In this document: positions 37,298 to 51,500 of the stretch, one piece after another | Numbering within the stretch: the stretch's first letter is position 1 | Layout of the letters: every line of letters begins with the position of its first letter | Source: Lingula anatina | Taxonomy: Eukaryota; Animalia; Brachiopoda | NCBI GenBank assembly: GCA_051362555.1 | Contig: CM120644.1 | Span: 1,806,954-1,870,953, forward strand | Length of the DNA: 64,000 nucleotides | Direction: 5' to 3' | Made by a program: the position numbers and the translations under genes | Notes under the pieces: generated by a model | What the model was told of the DNA's origin: nothing | Seen by the model: the letters and a program-made list of their open reading frames with translations, nothing else | Databases searched by the model: none

Positions 37298-40190
37298 AAC
37301 CACAGTTGGAGACATTTTTATCGCTTTGAAATTATAAGGTTAGAGAAACAAATGGAACAAAAATGCCGTCCAAAATAAGGTCAAAGACAAGGCGGTGACA
37401 GGCAGCCTAAGTGGGACGTAATGACAGAGATAAGATCGGTTGGGTGTATGTTTATCTTTGTAACCCACATGTACAAAAATATCCTCCCAACTCACATGAC
37501 ACAGTCTCTCAGGGCTTGTGCGTAAAACAGACATTTTCCAAGACCTGGGGCTATCTGGCTTTCTAAAATCCAGTCATCTTAGGCTAAGGCCCACCAAACA
37601 AGTGAAAATATATATTATTAGGTGATCATGAAAGGTGCACTCCATGGGTTTGAAAATCTCGCAAGTGTCTATTTTTGCCTTCCACGGTTTTTCGTAAAAA
37701 CCTTACATAAACCTTAAAATCGATTAAACCCCTTAAACAGTTTTTCTGGAGCGTACCTGATGTTGATACTTCTGTGGGAGCTTAAGAAGATGTTCGCTGG
37801 TTATAATGACTGGTCAGAAATTCTAAATTAAATCAACCTGTATAATATTTTAAAATTAAAATTAAAATTTAAGATCGAATTCAAGTGCAGAGAGGGGTTG
37901 ATATAAGATCCGTGAGTAAGAGAAAATTGGTTATTTTCCCGGCAAAATCCATTTGTAGGGAAGATCTCAAGGAGTTGCCCTTAAATAAAGGAATTTGTTT
38001 CACTTTGTCAGCCTACTAGCATCCTTATCCCAATTTCGACAAGATATTTATTTAGGCTCATGTTGTTATTATATATTTGGTTCACATTCAACTATCTTTC
38101 GACTTCTTTTCGGCTGTATAATTTTGGCACATAACTCATTTGGCTTTTGTTTGTATATATATATATACATGCACAATAACATGAATATATTTGGCTTGCA
38201 TTATTTCGGCTTATGCTATTTTGGTTTTTATTTTCCATTCTTTTTTCTGGTTGCAATTGTTGGCCTCTTTGCAACCCCACAAATGAAAATATTTGCACTA
38301 TTTGTTTTGATATTTATTTTTAAGAGATAACATTACGTAATTTTAACTAATTAACATTATTTAGTGCTATATAATATCTAACACCATCCTTTAATAGAGG
38401 GACCTTTCAATAAAAGCGGCCGCTACCGGCCAAATTTCGTACACTATACATGTATATCTGTGTTTGTCATTTACTTATCCTGTGGCTTGGGTATAATGTT
38501 TAAGTTTAGTTTAGTTTAAATTATTTCACTGTAACATATGCTTCCACTTGTGTGGATGAAAATGACAATATGAATACAAATTTTGTGAATATGCTATTAA
38601 TGAGGAGACATAAATACTGTTTGCATTAAAATTTATATGACATTACGTATGGGGTTTCAAAAAACAATTTTCGACCATTATCAAGGGCTGCGGATTAGTA
38701 TAAATCAGTGACTGTCAAGTCATTCTGGATAAAGACAAGGATCCACCAATCAGGAGTGAGAGGTCATATAGTAAACCGCAGTGGTAGACGTTTTTATCGC
38801 TTTAAAACCCAGGTTAGAGAAACAAATGGAATAAATGCCGTTCAAAATAAAGACAAGACAAAGCAGGGACAAGCAGCCTAAGTAGGATGTAATGACAAAG
38901 ATAAGATCGGTTGGGTGTATGTTTATCTTTGTAACCCACATGTACAAAAATATCCTCCCAACTCACATGACACAGTCTCTCAGGGCTTGTGCGTAAAACA
39001 GACATTTTCCAAGACCTGGGGCTATCTGGCTTTCTAAAATCCAGTCATCTTAGGCTAAGGCCCACCAAACAAGTGAAAATATATATTTATTAACAGGTGA
39101 TCATGAAAGGTGCACTCCATGGGTTTGAAAATCTCGCAAGTGTTTATTTTTGCCTTCCACGGTTTTTCGTAAAAACCTTACACAAATCTTAAAAACGATT
39201 AAACCCCTGAAACAATTTTTCTGGAGCGTAACTGATGTTGATACTTCTGTGGGAGCTTAAGAAGATGTTCGCTGGTTATAATGACTGGTCGGAAATTTTA
39301 AACTAAATCAACCTCTATAATATTTTAAAATTAAAATTAAAATTTAAGATCGAATTCAAGTGCACTGTCAGCCTACTAGCATCCTTATCCCAATTTCGAC
39401 AAGATATTTATTTAGGCTCATGTTGTTATTATATATTTGGTTCACATTCAACTATCTTTCGACTTCTTTTCGGCTGTATAATTTTGGCACATAACTCATT
39501 TGGCTTTTGTTTGTATATATATACATGCATAATAACATGAATATATTTTGGCTTGCAGTATTTCGGCTTATGCTATTTTGGTTTTTATTTTCCATTCTTT
39601 TTTTCTGGTTGCAATTGTTGGCCTCTTTGCAACCCCACAAATGAAAATATTTGCACTATTTGTTTTGATATTTATTTTTAAGAGATAACATTACGTAATT
39701 TTAACTAATTAACATTATTTAGTGCTATATAATATCTAACACCATACTACCGGCCAAATCTCGAACACTATATATCTGTGTTTGTCATTTACTTATCCTT
39801 TGGCTTGGGTATAATGTTTAAGTTTAGTTTAGTTTAGTTTAAATTATTTCACTGTAACATATGCTTCCACTTGTGTGGATGAAAATGACAATATGAATAC
39901 AAATTTTGTGAATATGCTATTAATGAGGAGACATCAATACTGTTTGCATTAAAATTTATGTGACATTACGGATGTGGTTTAAAAAAAAAATCGACCAATA
40001 ACAAGGGCTGCGGATTAGTATAAACCAGCGACTGTCAGGTCATTCTGGATAAAGACAAGAATCCACCAATCAGGAATGAGAGATCATAGATAACTTTTAT
40101 TTATAAACTATATTTATTATATCGGTGTGTATAGAGTGTATTTGTGTCAGTGTCTATTCAGTACGTCTGTCTGGCATAGCGAGAGGAAGG

Positions 40191-40234
40191 ATGTGGAAGT
40201 CAATCGTTGAAAACCCAGGGTATAGTATTTGTCC

Positions 40235-40289
<55 letters not shown>

Positions 40290-41067
40290 GGTTGGTTCAA
40301 TTGTTTATTTACTTAAGAATCGGTGTTTGCAGTATACTTCATATTATTCTTTTTCCCCTCTGTATCCAGCGATGCCACACCTCCAAACGAACCGTTAAAG
40401 AACAGTAACATCCACGGGGCCAGCAACGAGCCTCTAGTGGGACGCACGGTGTGGGAATGCCTGCAGGAAGCGGCCAGGGAAAAGCCGGACAGGGTAGCCA
40501 TCAGGTTGCCGCAGTTTGGCCAAGATCTCACCTATAAAATGATATGTGACAAGGTATGTTCGTGCATAGTGAAAAGACTGGTCCAGAACCGAGTTAGGTG
40601 GAAGGGGGATGTTAGCGATCTAAGAGTTAATTCATTTTTTTAAATTACCACCCTAGGTCAAATTTGTGCACCCCGAGGGGGAAGTTGACACACATACTAA
40701 AATCCAAAAGAAGTATATATTTTTCTTTTTTTGTGCATTTTACTCGATAAACTGAGTAACAGAAACAACTGAAAACTTGCGTCGTCCCTGCGGGGGTACA
40801 GTCATTAAATTTCTGCTCCATTGGGACGACACATGGGGAGGCGTGTGAGAGGCGGAGAAGCTATTAAAAGATTAGGCGGATTTTTTTTCATGTACGTCCA
40901 CCATATTTAGTACCTAGGATTTGTAAAGCCTAGCTCAACTCGTTGTGAATGCGATCTTACACGATAAGTAAAAAAATCTATCTCATCTACCTTTGGTTAT
41001 TTTGACAGAGGTTTAGTAATTACATTAGAATGAAAGTGTTGTTTTCTCCATCAGAGTCACCGTTGTT

Positions 41068-41100
<33 letters not shown>

Positions 41101-44100
41101 CGCGCACGCACATTCACACACTCACAAACACACACACAAACGCACACACACACAAACGCACACACACGCACACACACATACACACTCTCACAAACACACA
41201 CAGGCGCACACACATACACACACTCACAAGCACACACATACTCACAAACACAAACACACACGCACACACACATACATACATACATTCATACAAGCATACA
41301 TATAAAAATATATATGTCTAAAGGTGGAACGGGGGACCACGAAAAGGGGCGGACTAGCCCATAACGTGACTTCTCCAATTGACAGAGGGAGGGTCAGATA
41401 CGTGTCACGTTAGAGATAAGAGTGGAGTGCAGGTTTGCCCCGGGGAAGGACAAGCAGTGCCCATGCACTGTTTATATATATTGTAGATTAAGTGTTGATC
41501 ATTTTGTAAAAAAATGTTTATATTTTTAAATGTCTAACGAGCATTATATGCAATGAAAAGGTTGTTTCACTGATTATCTTTTCAAAGAAGCATGCAAACT
41601 TTGCACAAGGGCATTATTGTTTTGGCAATATGACTTTGCGAAAAAGTTGGGATTGAAGCCCATGTGTGCACCATCAGCAACACCTAGAATATAAATGAAT
41701 ATATACATGAAACAAAACCGCCAGTGAACCTGATGAGATAGTATCGTACATGTATTATTTGTCGTACATGTATGTCCATCTATGTATGGCAGACGTTGTT
41801 TCTGAAGATGCGTTTTCAAGGAATACCAAGGCATGTAGTTGCATGTCTAAGATCAGTTGTTATAAGAAATGCTACACAGAAAACTACACGGACAACGTAT
41901 TCCAAGGATTAGGGCTCACCCCCCATGAAACAATCGTTCTCCGTAGAGCAAACCAACTCTGCGGGAACTCTCGTTAAATGCAACAGATAAGCAAGAATCC
42001 TCGAGATTCTGGCGCTGAGTATATGAAACAGAAAAGCTGGTGAAATAATCTGTATTTAATTAGCGTAATTATCATCATTATTATATGCATTTAATTTTTG
42101 ATTATTTGTTTAAATATTTCATTTCTGTAGATTTTCTTTTTTCGCTGAGTGAATAAAGTTAAATTGAAAAAAGAAACAGAAAATCAGGTGATTATACGTC
42201 TTACGTTGGAAACGAGAGGACGTTAGCTAATCTGAACACCTGATTGAATTCAGCGAGAGTTAGGTCCTTCTACGTAGAACGATAGTGTCAGAGCCCTTAG
42301 AGCAAGGAGTTATAACAGAAGGAGATTACACGCATGCCTCTCTATTGTCCGATGTCTGTTACGGTGGGCGGAGCTAGCTACGGGGGGCCTCCTGTCTCAA
42401 GGTTTCGTCTGCGTCGCTCTCCTCCGCTTGGAGATTGATTTTATATGCGTTATTTTGCGTTAGAATTCGAGATCAGTAGTGTCAAAGCGGCGCTGTATGC
42501 TGACGATTTTTTTCACAGGTAGTTATTTGGACGATGTGCTGGGAGGGAACGATATCATAGAAAGCGATTATAAGGTGGTGACTGAGGATGGTCGCCATGA
42601 GTTTTTTTAAGTCGGTGATAGATGGCTTTTCTTTTGCACAACACAGTGAAAAATCACCAAGGATAAGTCAAAAGAAAACGTCCCAACTGTGGTTTGTGAA
42701 AATGACATTCAAGTGAACGTCTGTCCTCACTGCCAAAGGGCATAATATTAATACATAAACGTTTGGACCCCCCTGTCCTTTGGTCCCATAAACATATACA
42801 TTGAGCCAGTGCCTAAGCTTTGTGACTGGTTTTAATTTCTTTAAGTAGCCTATCTTTTTCTCTCACATGGTATAATTTTAATATCATAATGCATTAAAGT
42901 GAAATATTAATCAAAGGTTGAGGCAATGCCACGACATGTCAGTTTACTTAATACTCTTAATAAATTTATCTTGGAAATCTCCCTTTTTATTTTCAGGAAA
43001 TTTTTGACACATACTAACACTTCTTATTTGTCGGTAAACAAGTGCACAGTGCTAAACATTAAGAATAAATTCTATTCATTCATAAATATATTTATGTACA
43101 AAATATATCAGAAATTTTAGTATTAACTGAGCTCTTTAAAGTGAAACAAATAAAGATGAGAATTTTGAATTTCAAACTATTATTTACTATATTAACTTAA
43201 AATATCTTTTAAGCCAACTCTATACTCAAGCATCATGATAGTAGCATCTGTGAGTAAAACCATTTTATTATATCAATAGAAGAACAAAAACAAAATTTTA
43301 CACATAAGCAGTAATTAATGAAGTCATAAGAATGATTAAGTTGCTATAGTTTTCCAAGTTTTATGCAGTCTGTGTTGGAATTTTTTTAACCGTGCAAATA
43401 GAAATAATTATATTCTTTTTTATCTGACCTGCTGATACCAGTCTGTGCCAGATACTATTCCACTCACAGGCCAGCAAGGTCTGAGAATCTAATGGGCTGA
43501 ATGAAAAAAAACCCCTAGAAGATAAAGTGGCTAATTCTTACAAATAGGATAAAAAACATGGGATTTTCAAAAGGTTATTATAAATCAAGACAACACTTAG
43601 TAAGAACATTTATAAAATGAACTGGAGTACATTTACTGGCAATCAAGTAGACTGTTATACCATGGCACTCAACAAATTATATATAGGTTTTGAATTTTTT
43701 TTCACGTGACAGTAACATAAAATTTATGTCAACTTTTGAAATGTATAGAGTCAGTTAGGTGACTGAAAATATTTTAAAATGTCATGAAGGAGCACTATTA
43801 ATTTAATGCAATCTCTGTTGGCCAGTCTTATCCAGTTTCTTCTCCAAAAAGGACAACTCAAGTGAGAATTTCTTCTTTTCTTCTGCCTGCCAATGCCATG
43901 CCACTCAGAAAAGAGAGAAACCTGTAGGTTAGAAAAAAAAAAAAAAAACATAATAATAGCATTATGAACTACTAGTATCCATGTAGACATTATGGAATTA
44001 CGCAGTGAAATTTAATGTGTCTTGTTATGACTTGACTGAAATAATGTTCACCACATAAATGAACAATTTACAACTAAATTTATGTAGAATACCAAGATTC

Positions 44101-47100
44101 ATGATCACAAGCTAATAACCCCAAGAAATTGAAAGAGATTGTACTTATTACAAGAAATTATTTAAATCCGCCCTGGTTCCTCAGTTCTGACAGGACAATA
44201 AGGGGATTTCAGAGAGGCTGGTTGCTAAAAGGAAAATGCCCAAGGTTGTTGTATTTTGAAAAAAAATTAAAAATGGTACTGTTGTTAGTGAATGTTTAAT
44301 GCATCTTAGGCATTATGACAAAAGTAACTTACCCCAGACACACTGACCTCCAGTCCTTTTTTCATTGACATTTTTAAATTTTTTCCAGCCTGACCATAAT
44401 TCATATATTCAATGCAGCCTTCTCCCATATCTATAATAGAAGAAAAAAACTTGAGTAGTGTTAAGATATGCATGTAAAATTCATTATCAATTTTGAGAGA
44501 ATTTCTGTTTCAACACTGCAAGATGAAATATTTACTTTCAAGTAATGAATAAACCTTAATAGAGTTCTATTCTTTTGTAACCACCAAGGCAAAGCTTCTT
44601 TCTTAAAATGAACTGAAACATCCAAGCTTGCCACCTAACATGCCAAAGTAGTGAAGTATAATTAAAGTAGAGAAGCAAGTACCCCTTAATTATAGAGGTG
44701 TCTTACACAATAAGGTGTGTCTTACACACCTTGACTCAAAGGGAGATGTGTAGTGAGATAACAGGTAAAGTAATTGGTGGAGCCTAGGTGAACTTAAAAC
44801 CTTAAGACTTTAAATTAAGAAGCACCAGGATTCATGTGTGTTCTTTTTTCAAAGGTTTAATATGAATTAAAACATATATATGTAAAAAGAAGACTAAATG
44901 AGTTTAAAATAACTATACCAAAGACACTGTGAAGTCAAACTTCCCGTTAGACCGCCATGATGGAAAATGCTGAGTGGAGGCAAAACTTTTCCATTCAAAA
45001 TAACTGAGCACCTTACTTTAACAACAAAGTTACCACTCCAAAGCCACCCACCATGGTGAGAAGAAAAATGATGACCAACTGTCATGATAAGTCTTTTTAG
45101 ATTTAAACATGAAAAAGGTAAAGGCCAAAATGGTACATTTACCCATAACACTAGAGTAAAAAATTGGTATTCTGAACAAATCAGGTTATTTTTTTCAAGA
45201 AATATTGGAGCAGTATCCATGCAATATATACCACGCCACGACCAAGATGTTCAAGAATCTAAACACACCAAATTTTTTTATAATCTTGCATTTGAAAAGT
45301 ACAAAAAGCGGTAAGGCTTTTGGCCGTAACAAGCGTAACACTTATTGGTCGGAACTCATGAAAATTGTCAATTGTCGTATCCAAGCTAGACCACATGTAA
45401 AATCGCAAAAAAAAAAAACAATACAGCTCAAGCAAGTGTGTTGCACACATAACAATTTGTTAAATTTTATGACTGTCATGTGACACAAGTTTCAAAAAGT
45501 AGGAGGAAAATGTCTTTTGGAGTAATTTTTTTTCGAAATATTAACAAGATGGCGGCTTGAGCATCTGCTTGTTATTCGGCTACTGAAAGTGCACCTAAGT
45601 TTTATTCTTTGCTATTGCCACAAATTACTTAACAATTGCAACTGTATAAAGACCAAACTTTCTTCATCTGATACTATATTTATAGGCACTTGTTATGAGT
45701 GGGAAATATTTTTCGTGCAATATTTATTCTCCACACACCACCTCGCGAGATCAACGTGTAGCTGGGCACTTACACAGTGAGACCCTACGACATAAAAGTT
45801 GCAATTTATCTTCATATTTCGTGTAGTTATGCATTTAAAAGCACTTACCTGTTTTTTGAAAACCTTGTCCAACGTAATATCATATAAATTCTGTATTTCT
45901 CTCATTTTTTAGAAACTTGGGACTCCGTTTCTGTTTCTGTCCTCAAAAATCAACAGACGAAGGCACAGATACTAACAAACGAGATTTAAACGAGAGCAAC
46001 AATTAAGCGTAACAGAGATAGGCATCCATTGTTCTCTGGGTTCTATTCATTCCGACCAATGAGAGACCGTAATACGGGCTCCGCCCCCACGCGTGTAATC
46101 TCCTTCTGTTATAACTCCTTGCTTAGAGTAACTGATGAAATTATGTTCGTCCAAGGTTTTGAAAAAGATCGTTTTACTACCATAACAAGTATTACGGACG
46201 CTGCCTGGCAGGTCTGTGAGTTGTTAATACACAGTAGGTACTGACAGGTACTGAAATCATAATCAGAATAATGGATACATGCATACCTATTGTAGACGAC
46301 GCGTGTCACACAGTTGCCATTATGTAATAGTCAGAGCTTAATCACTGTGTTTACCCGGCAAGAATAAAGCTAACCTGAACTGATTGGTTTTCAGAGCACA
46401 GAACTCGCCAAAGGACTGCTGGCACTAGGGATGAAGAAGGGAGATTTTCTCACCATTACAAGTGTTCCGGACGCTTCATATGTATGTATGGTATATGCTG
46501 CAGCACAAATTGGCGTTGTCTTTAACGCGGTAATTACGTTATATTATCTCAAATTATATGCAAGTTTAGCAGCAAAAACACAAAGCATAGAAAATTATAT
46601 TCAAATGCATTTTCAAAGAAATTACAAAAGTATGACAGTTGTTTCTGTTGTCATGTTAAAGCCCCTCTGGCGATCCATTGGTTTTCCATTGAAACAAAAA
46701 ATAGGGAAACAGAGCAAACGAACAATATGTGGTACCTCGATATGAAACCAGACAACTTTTGTGTTTTTAATCTCCAAATATTAAAAAAATCAATTAAGTT
46801 CATAAATAGGCCGGGAACAAGAACTTATTATATAGCATATTTTATATTAACTATTATTGAAGATCATAATAATAAACGAGTCGCATTTCAATGTACTCCA
46901 TGCTATGGTCTTTACTTAAAAATAGCAAATTTTACGAGATTACATATTGCATCGTATTGTTTGGTTCCATTACCTTGCTTTCAAAAATTAGAACAGGCGC
47001 TCCAAAACCGGGAGAAACTGGAGAAAGTAAAAGAAATTATATTGGCCAAGTTCGCCCTTGCACAAGAATGTCCTCGCAGCATTATCTGCAATTAAGCTTC

Positions 47101-48496
47101 CTACGATTTAGAATGTATTTTGCAATATCATTTTCAATCTGGCCCATGAAGAATTTTATTAATCAAGAGTGGGGGAGGGGTGAAAAATCCCAATTGGGGC
47201 CACATATAACACTATAAATACAATGGGAATCCCTTTAAAATGAAGGTAAAATAAATGTTATTCTAAGGAATTCCGACGGATTTACTTTTTACAAGATAAA
47301 ATCACTCGAACATTTCTAATATAAATTTTCAAAAAGAAACCAGAGAGCAAATGAAATTAAGTCAACCAGACGGTAAACACCGGCAGGCTTTGTCAATTTC
47401 ACCAACTTCTCAAACAGCGCACTTTTCGCGCATGCGTAGTTGTTTGAAGCCTGTGTTGGGAAACAGTAGAGCCTTCAGGTCTTTAAAAAACAAATGAAAT
47501 AGAACACGTGTGTCATACATTCATCTTATCATGTAAGATCTGCCGATGTGACCTTATGTTCCAAAATAATACACCGACGTTATACATCGATGCAACTTCA
47601 TGTCTTTTCATTTTAGCCGCCGTATGCGTACCGACCACGTTCAAAATTGCTAGACATAGCTCTCAATCAAGTATGTATTGCGACAAAATTTGTTAAAACG
47701 TAAATTCCAATGAAAAGGTGTGTTATTTCAAAGCAATCAACATTTTTAAGGTTTTGAATATGTTCACAAAAACTGACAATTTTGCATTGACATGAAAGAT
47801 TCTGACACTATCGTCTGAGACAGTCAAACTTGTATTTTTGTTGAGTAATGTATAAAATTCGAAAAAAAAATCGTTTGTCATAGAACCCATGGCATCGATT
47901 CCTTATTTCAGTTAAAGTCAAAAACACTGGTGATAATAGAAAATGAGGCCGGAACAAATGTCGCTGCTTTGAAGGAACTTATTCCAGACTTGGAGACATT
48001 TGGTGGAAGAAACATACAGTCTGAAAGGTAGGTAAATCTGTTGGCAGACCCCCGCCCGCCCCCCCCCCCAGCAAACACGTCACATTCGGATCACGTGGAT
48101 AGCACGTTGCTACCACATTATAACGTCATAGCCACGGATTAACCACGTGTTTCCCACGTTACGTGTTTGCTGGGCCCCTCCCTCCTACAGCATCAATAAA
48201 GAATGGATACCATCCGAGATAGTATAAAACGAGGCTTAATTTTAGACAATATGTGTCGTCCTGGAAAACCAGAAATGTGTCTGGATTTACAAATGGTAGG
48301 GCTAACTTGTCAGCTACTTCTCTCGCGGCACTAAACTTCTGATGACTATATATTATCACATTTATTTCAGGGTACCCCACCTGAAGACTGTTGTAATTCC
48401 AAACCTGTCCTGTGCAGCACACGGGTGAGTGTTGTTGTCGTGTTGTTCTGGATTGTTTTCAGTTTAGATAACGGCACTGGTAGACTGAGGAACGGG

Positions 48497-48547
<51 letters not shown>

Positions 48548-51500
48548 GGTGTGGGTGTTGGAAAAGGGACCTTACCTATATATTAACCTCTAATATCAGT
48601 CGCTCTTAAAATATAGTACGTATGTGTAATTAATCGGGTTACTGGCTGTTTAACTTCCGTCCTATTTCAGCACATATTGCGACAACTAATTTCTAACCAC
48701 AAAGAGCCAATCTAATCTCTACCGACTCCCACACCCACTTTTATGGAGTGCAACTTTGTCTCAGACGGGAAGAAATATATTCACTAAAGACCTCCGCCAA
48801 GGGAAACAAGGGCAATTACTGACAGGAAGAACAGAAACGAAAATCCCTTTAGAATATTAGAAGACCCGCCTTGAGCTTCATAGATAACTTAGAACAAACC
48901 TCTAACGTTTCCGTAACTTGAAATTGCAAAGGGTTTCTCTATTGTAGAGGTGTGCTTTAAGCTCAGGGTGTTGAAGATTCGGATTCAGTTGAAAACTTCA
49001 TCACTTCTTTCCCTTCTGAATTACTGCCTGTACTATTGTAATTTACATCAATTTCCCCAAAATACCTGTATGTGACATACATGTATTTTGTCCACTAACA
49101 AACTGACAACGCCGTTGATAACATGCGGCAACCTCCTTGGCGGAGGTACATGTACCAATGATGCGAAACCATCATTACACCCCCTATTGAGCTATTATGG
49201 TTCTAAGCGTGACATTTCCAGGTTGTCTCTTGAAGACGTCACCAAACTTGGAGAAGTGGTATCAGAAGAGGAAATACAAGCAGCACGAGACGCATTCAGC
49301 GGGGATGATCCAATTAACACGGGTCTTTCCTCAGTGAGTATATTGCCACCCTTCAACTTTTCTTTATCTGAAGGCACGTTTTTAAATAACAGTATTCCAT
49401 CTTTTTTGGTCGTTCGATTAAGTTTGTTTAAAGACGCCATTAATCCATGAAGTGTTTGTTGGCAATACAATATCTTATCGCCAATTATCACCGAAAAGTT
49501 AGTGATACCTTAGATTTCACACTTACACCAGTAATGTAAAAAGGTCAAATTGTTGGCTGTAAAGTTTACATTTGGCTTACGTACTTGGTTTTTGTCCGTA
49601 CCAATATTTAAACACTAGCTCAAAACATTAATAAATGAAAACGACGCATTGGTATTCATTGAGCATGTGACCGTAACACTGATGATTGTGACGGACATTC
49701 ATAGCATCAAAAGGTATAACAACGGGTATTTATTATATCAGAGAACACTGTTAGGACCGTAAATAAAATCAAAGACTTAATTTATTACCTTTAACTTTTT
49801 GTTGGTATAACAGGGTAGTACTGGTGTACCAAAATGTTCCATCAACAGTCAGTTTAAGGCCGTGAATACTACCAAGTTTACCATGCTGCGAAGTGGGAAT
49901 TTTAACGAGGTAAATCTCATATATTTTTATTTATTTTTTTTTCAAATAAGAATAATTTCATCTTCATTGTTTGAGATTAGTAAGTGTTCTGCGTGGTTTA
50001 TAGATTATGCCCCCTAAAAAAGGATTTTCCTAGGGCAAAGGGTGATTTCCCATTTTAACCGATGATTAATGAAACCATCCCGACATTGAAATCTAGACCA
50101 GGTTTTTTTTAAAGTTTTCTTTTTGAAATAATTTCTTAAGAGATTATTACCGAGATAGCGCCATCTATGAAGGTCCACGTGGCCTGATGGCAAGTACAGA
50201 TTCCAGAATAATTGCGATAACCACTTTTTTAAGTGATAAAATGATATTTTTTATATTTCTGTAAGTTGTTTACCATGTATTTATTGTGAAATGTGAATCT
50301 CATACGAGCAGTTATTATCCCTTAAAATACTTGTGTCGTGTTTCTCCAGCCGGTGGTATTGGGCGTGGTCAATCCAGTCCACGATGAGTTGACGGTGGAC
50401 TACGTTTACTGGGTCAGTGTGGAGTATGAGAAAGACATCCAGCTGGTCATATTACCGTCCACACTGTGGGACGTAGATTTCCAGGGAGAGAACGAAGACG
50501 AGGGCTACCATTCGGAGGATTTGTTCAAGAGCATTCATGAGTGCAAGTAGGTTTGATAGTGCAAGGTGTTACGTTATCAGTATCTTTCTTTCATCTATAT
50601 ATTTTCATATTTGTATTTATTTACTCTGTGAAGATTAAAGCGTTATTTTCATACAGTTAGGTAATGGTTACCATTATACTTGAACCTTATTGGAGGCACC
50701 TTTATTGAAAATATCACCTGTCACAAGACAATTCACCTGTCCGCTGTTGTTAAAGGATCACCAACCTCGAGGTCTATCCCACATTCATGTTCAGGGCGTT
50801 GGAACTTGACGCTGACATCGTGGAGAAATATGACATATCGTCTGCGAAACGAGGTGCGTTTGTATGAAATTAAGTCACCAGTGCAGACGAGTATTTTACC
50901 TTGGTGTTAAAGCAAAGAGTACGAATGGCATGAAACATAAAAGAACATGAACAGAAGCTCGCAACTTACAAGCGGTATAGAAAATTATGCTACAAGTTTC
51001 CGGTAGAATGCTGGCCATTTTTATAGGGTCTCGGTCGGGATATTGGAATTTGTGAATTCTTAAACACAATAGTCCAGAACAAACACCCAAATGTATGAGT
51101 ATGCTATATGTAAGTGCATTAAACAGAAATGTTTTGCTCTTTCAGTTTACCTCACATCCACTCTCATAACGAGGAAACTGCGGGAGGATTGTTCGAAACT
51201 ATTTCCAGAAGTTGGGGTAAGTTTATCTCCTACTTGGTATTGCATTTGAAAGACAATGACCAGTTTCACAAAACTATAGAATGCTGAAACAGGCATTTAG
51301 ATGGGACTTGGCACTATAGAAGACTGGGACAATAGTTTAGCATATCCGTTTTCAGGTAGGGCTGGGCACTATTGAATACTGGTACAATGTTTTAACCTAT
51401 CCGTTTTCAGGTAGGGCTGGGCACTATTGAATACTGGTACAATATTTTAACCTATCCGTTTTCAGGTTGGGCTGGGCACTATAGAATACTGGTACAATAG

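Noticed and set aside
46727-47217. 122-aa and 108-aa ORFs in the intron-3 insertion
   Set aside because: They overlap in different frames and show no recognisable domain.
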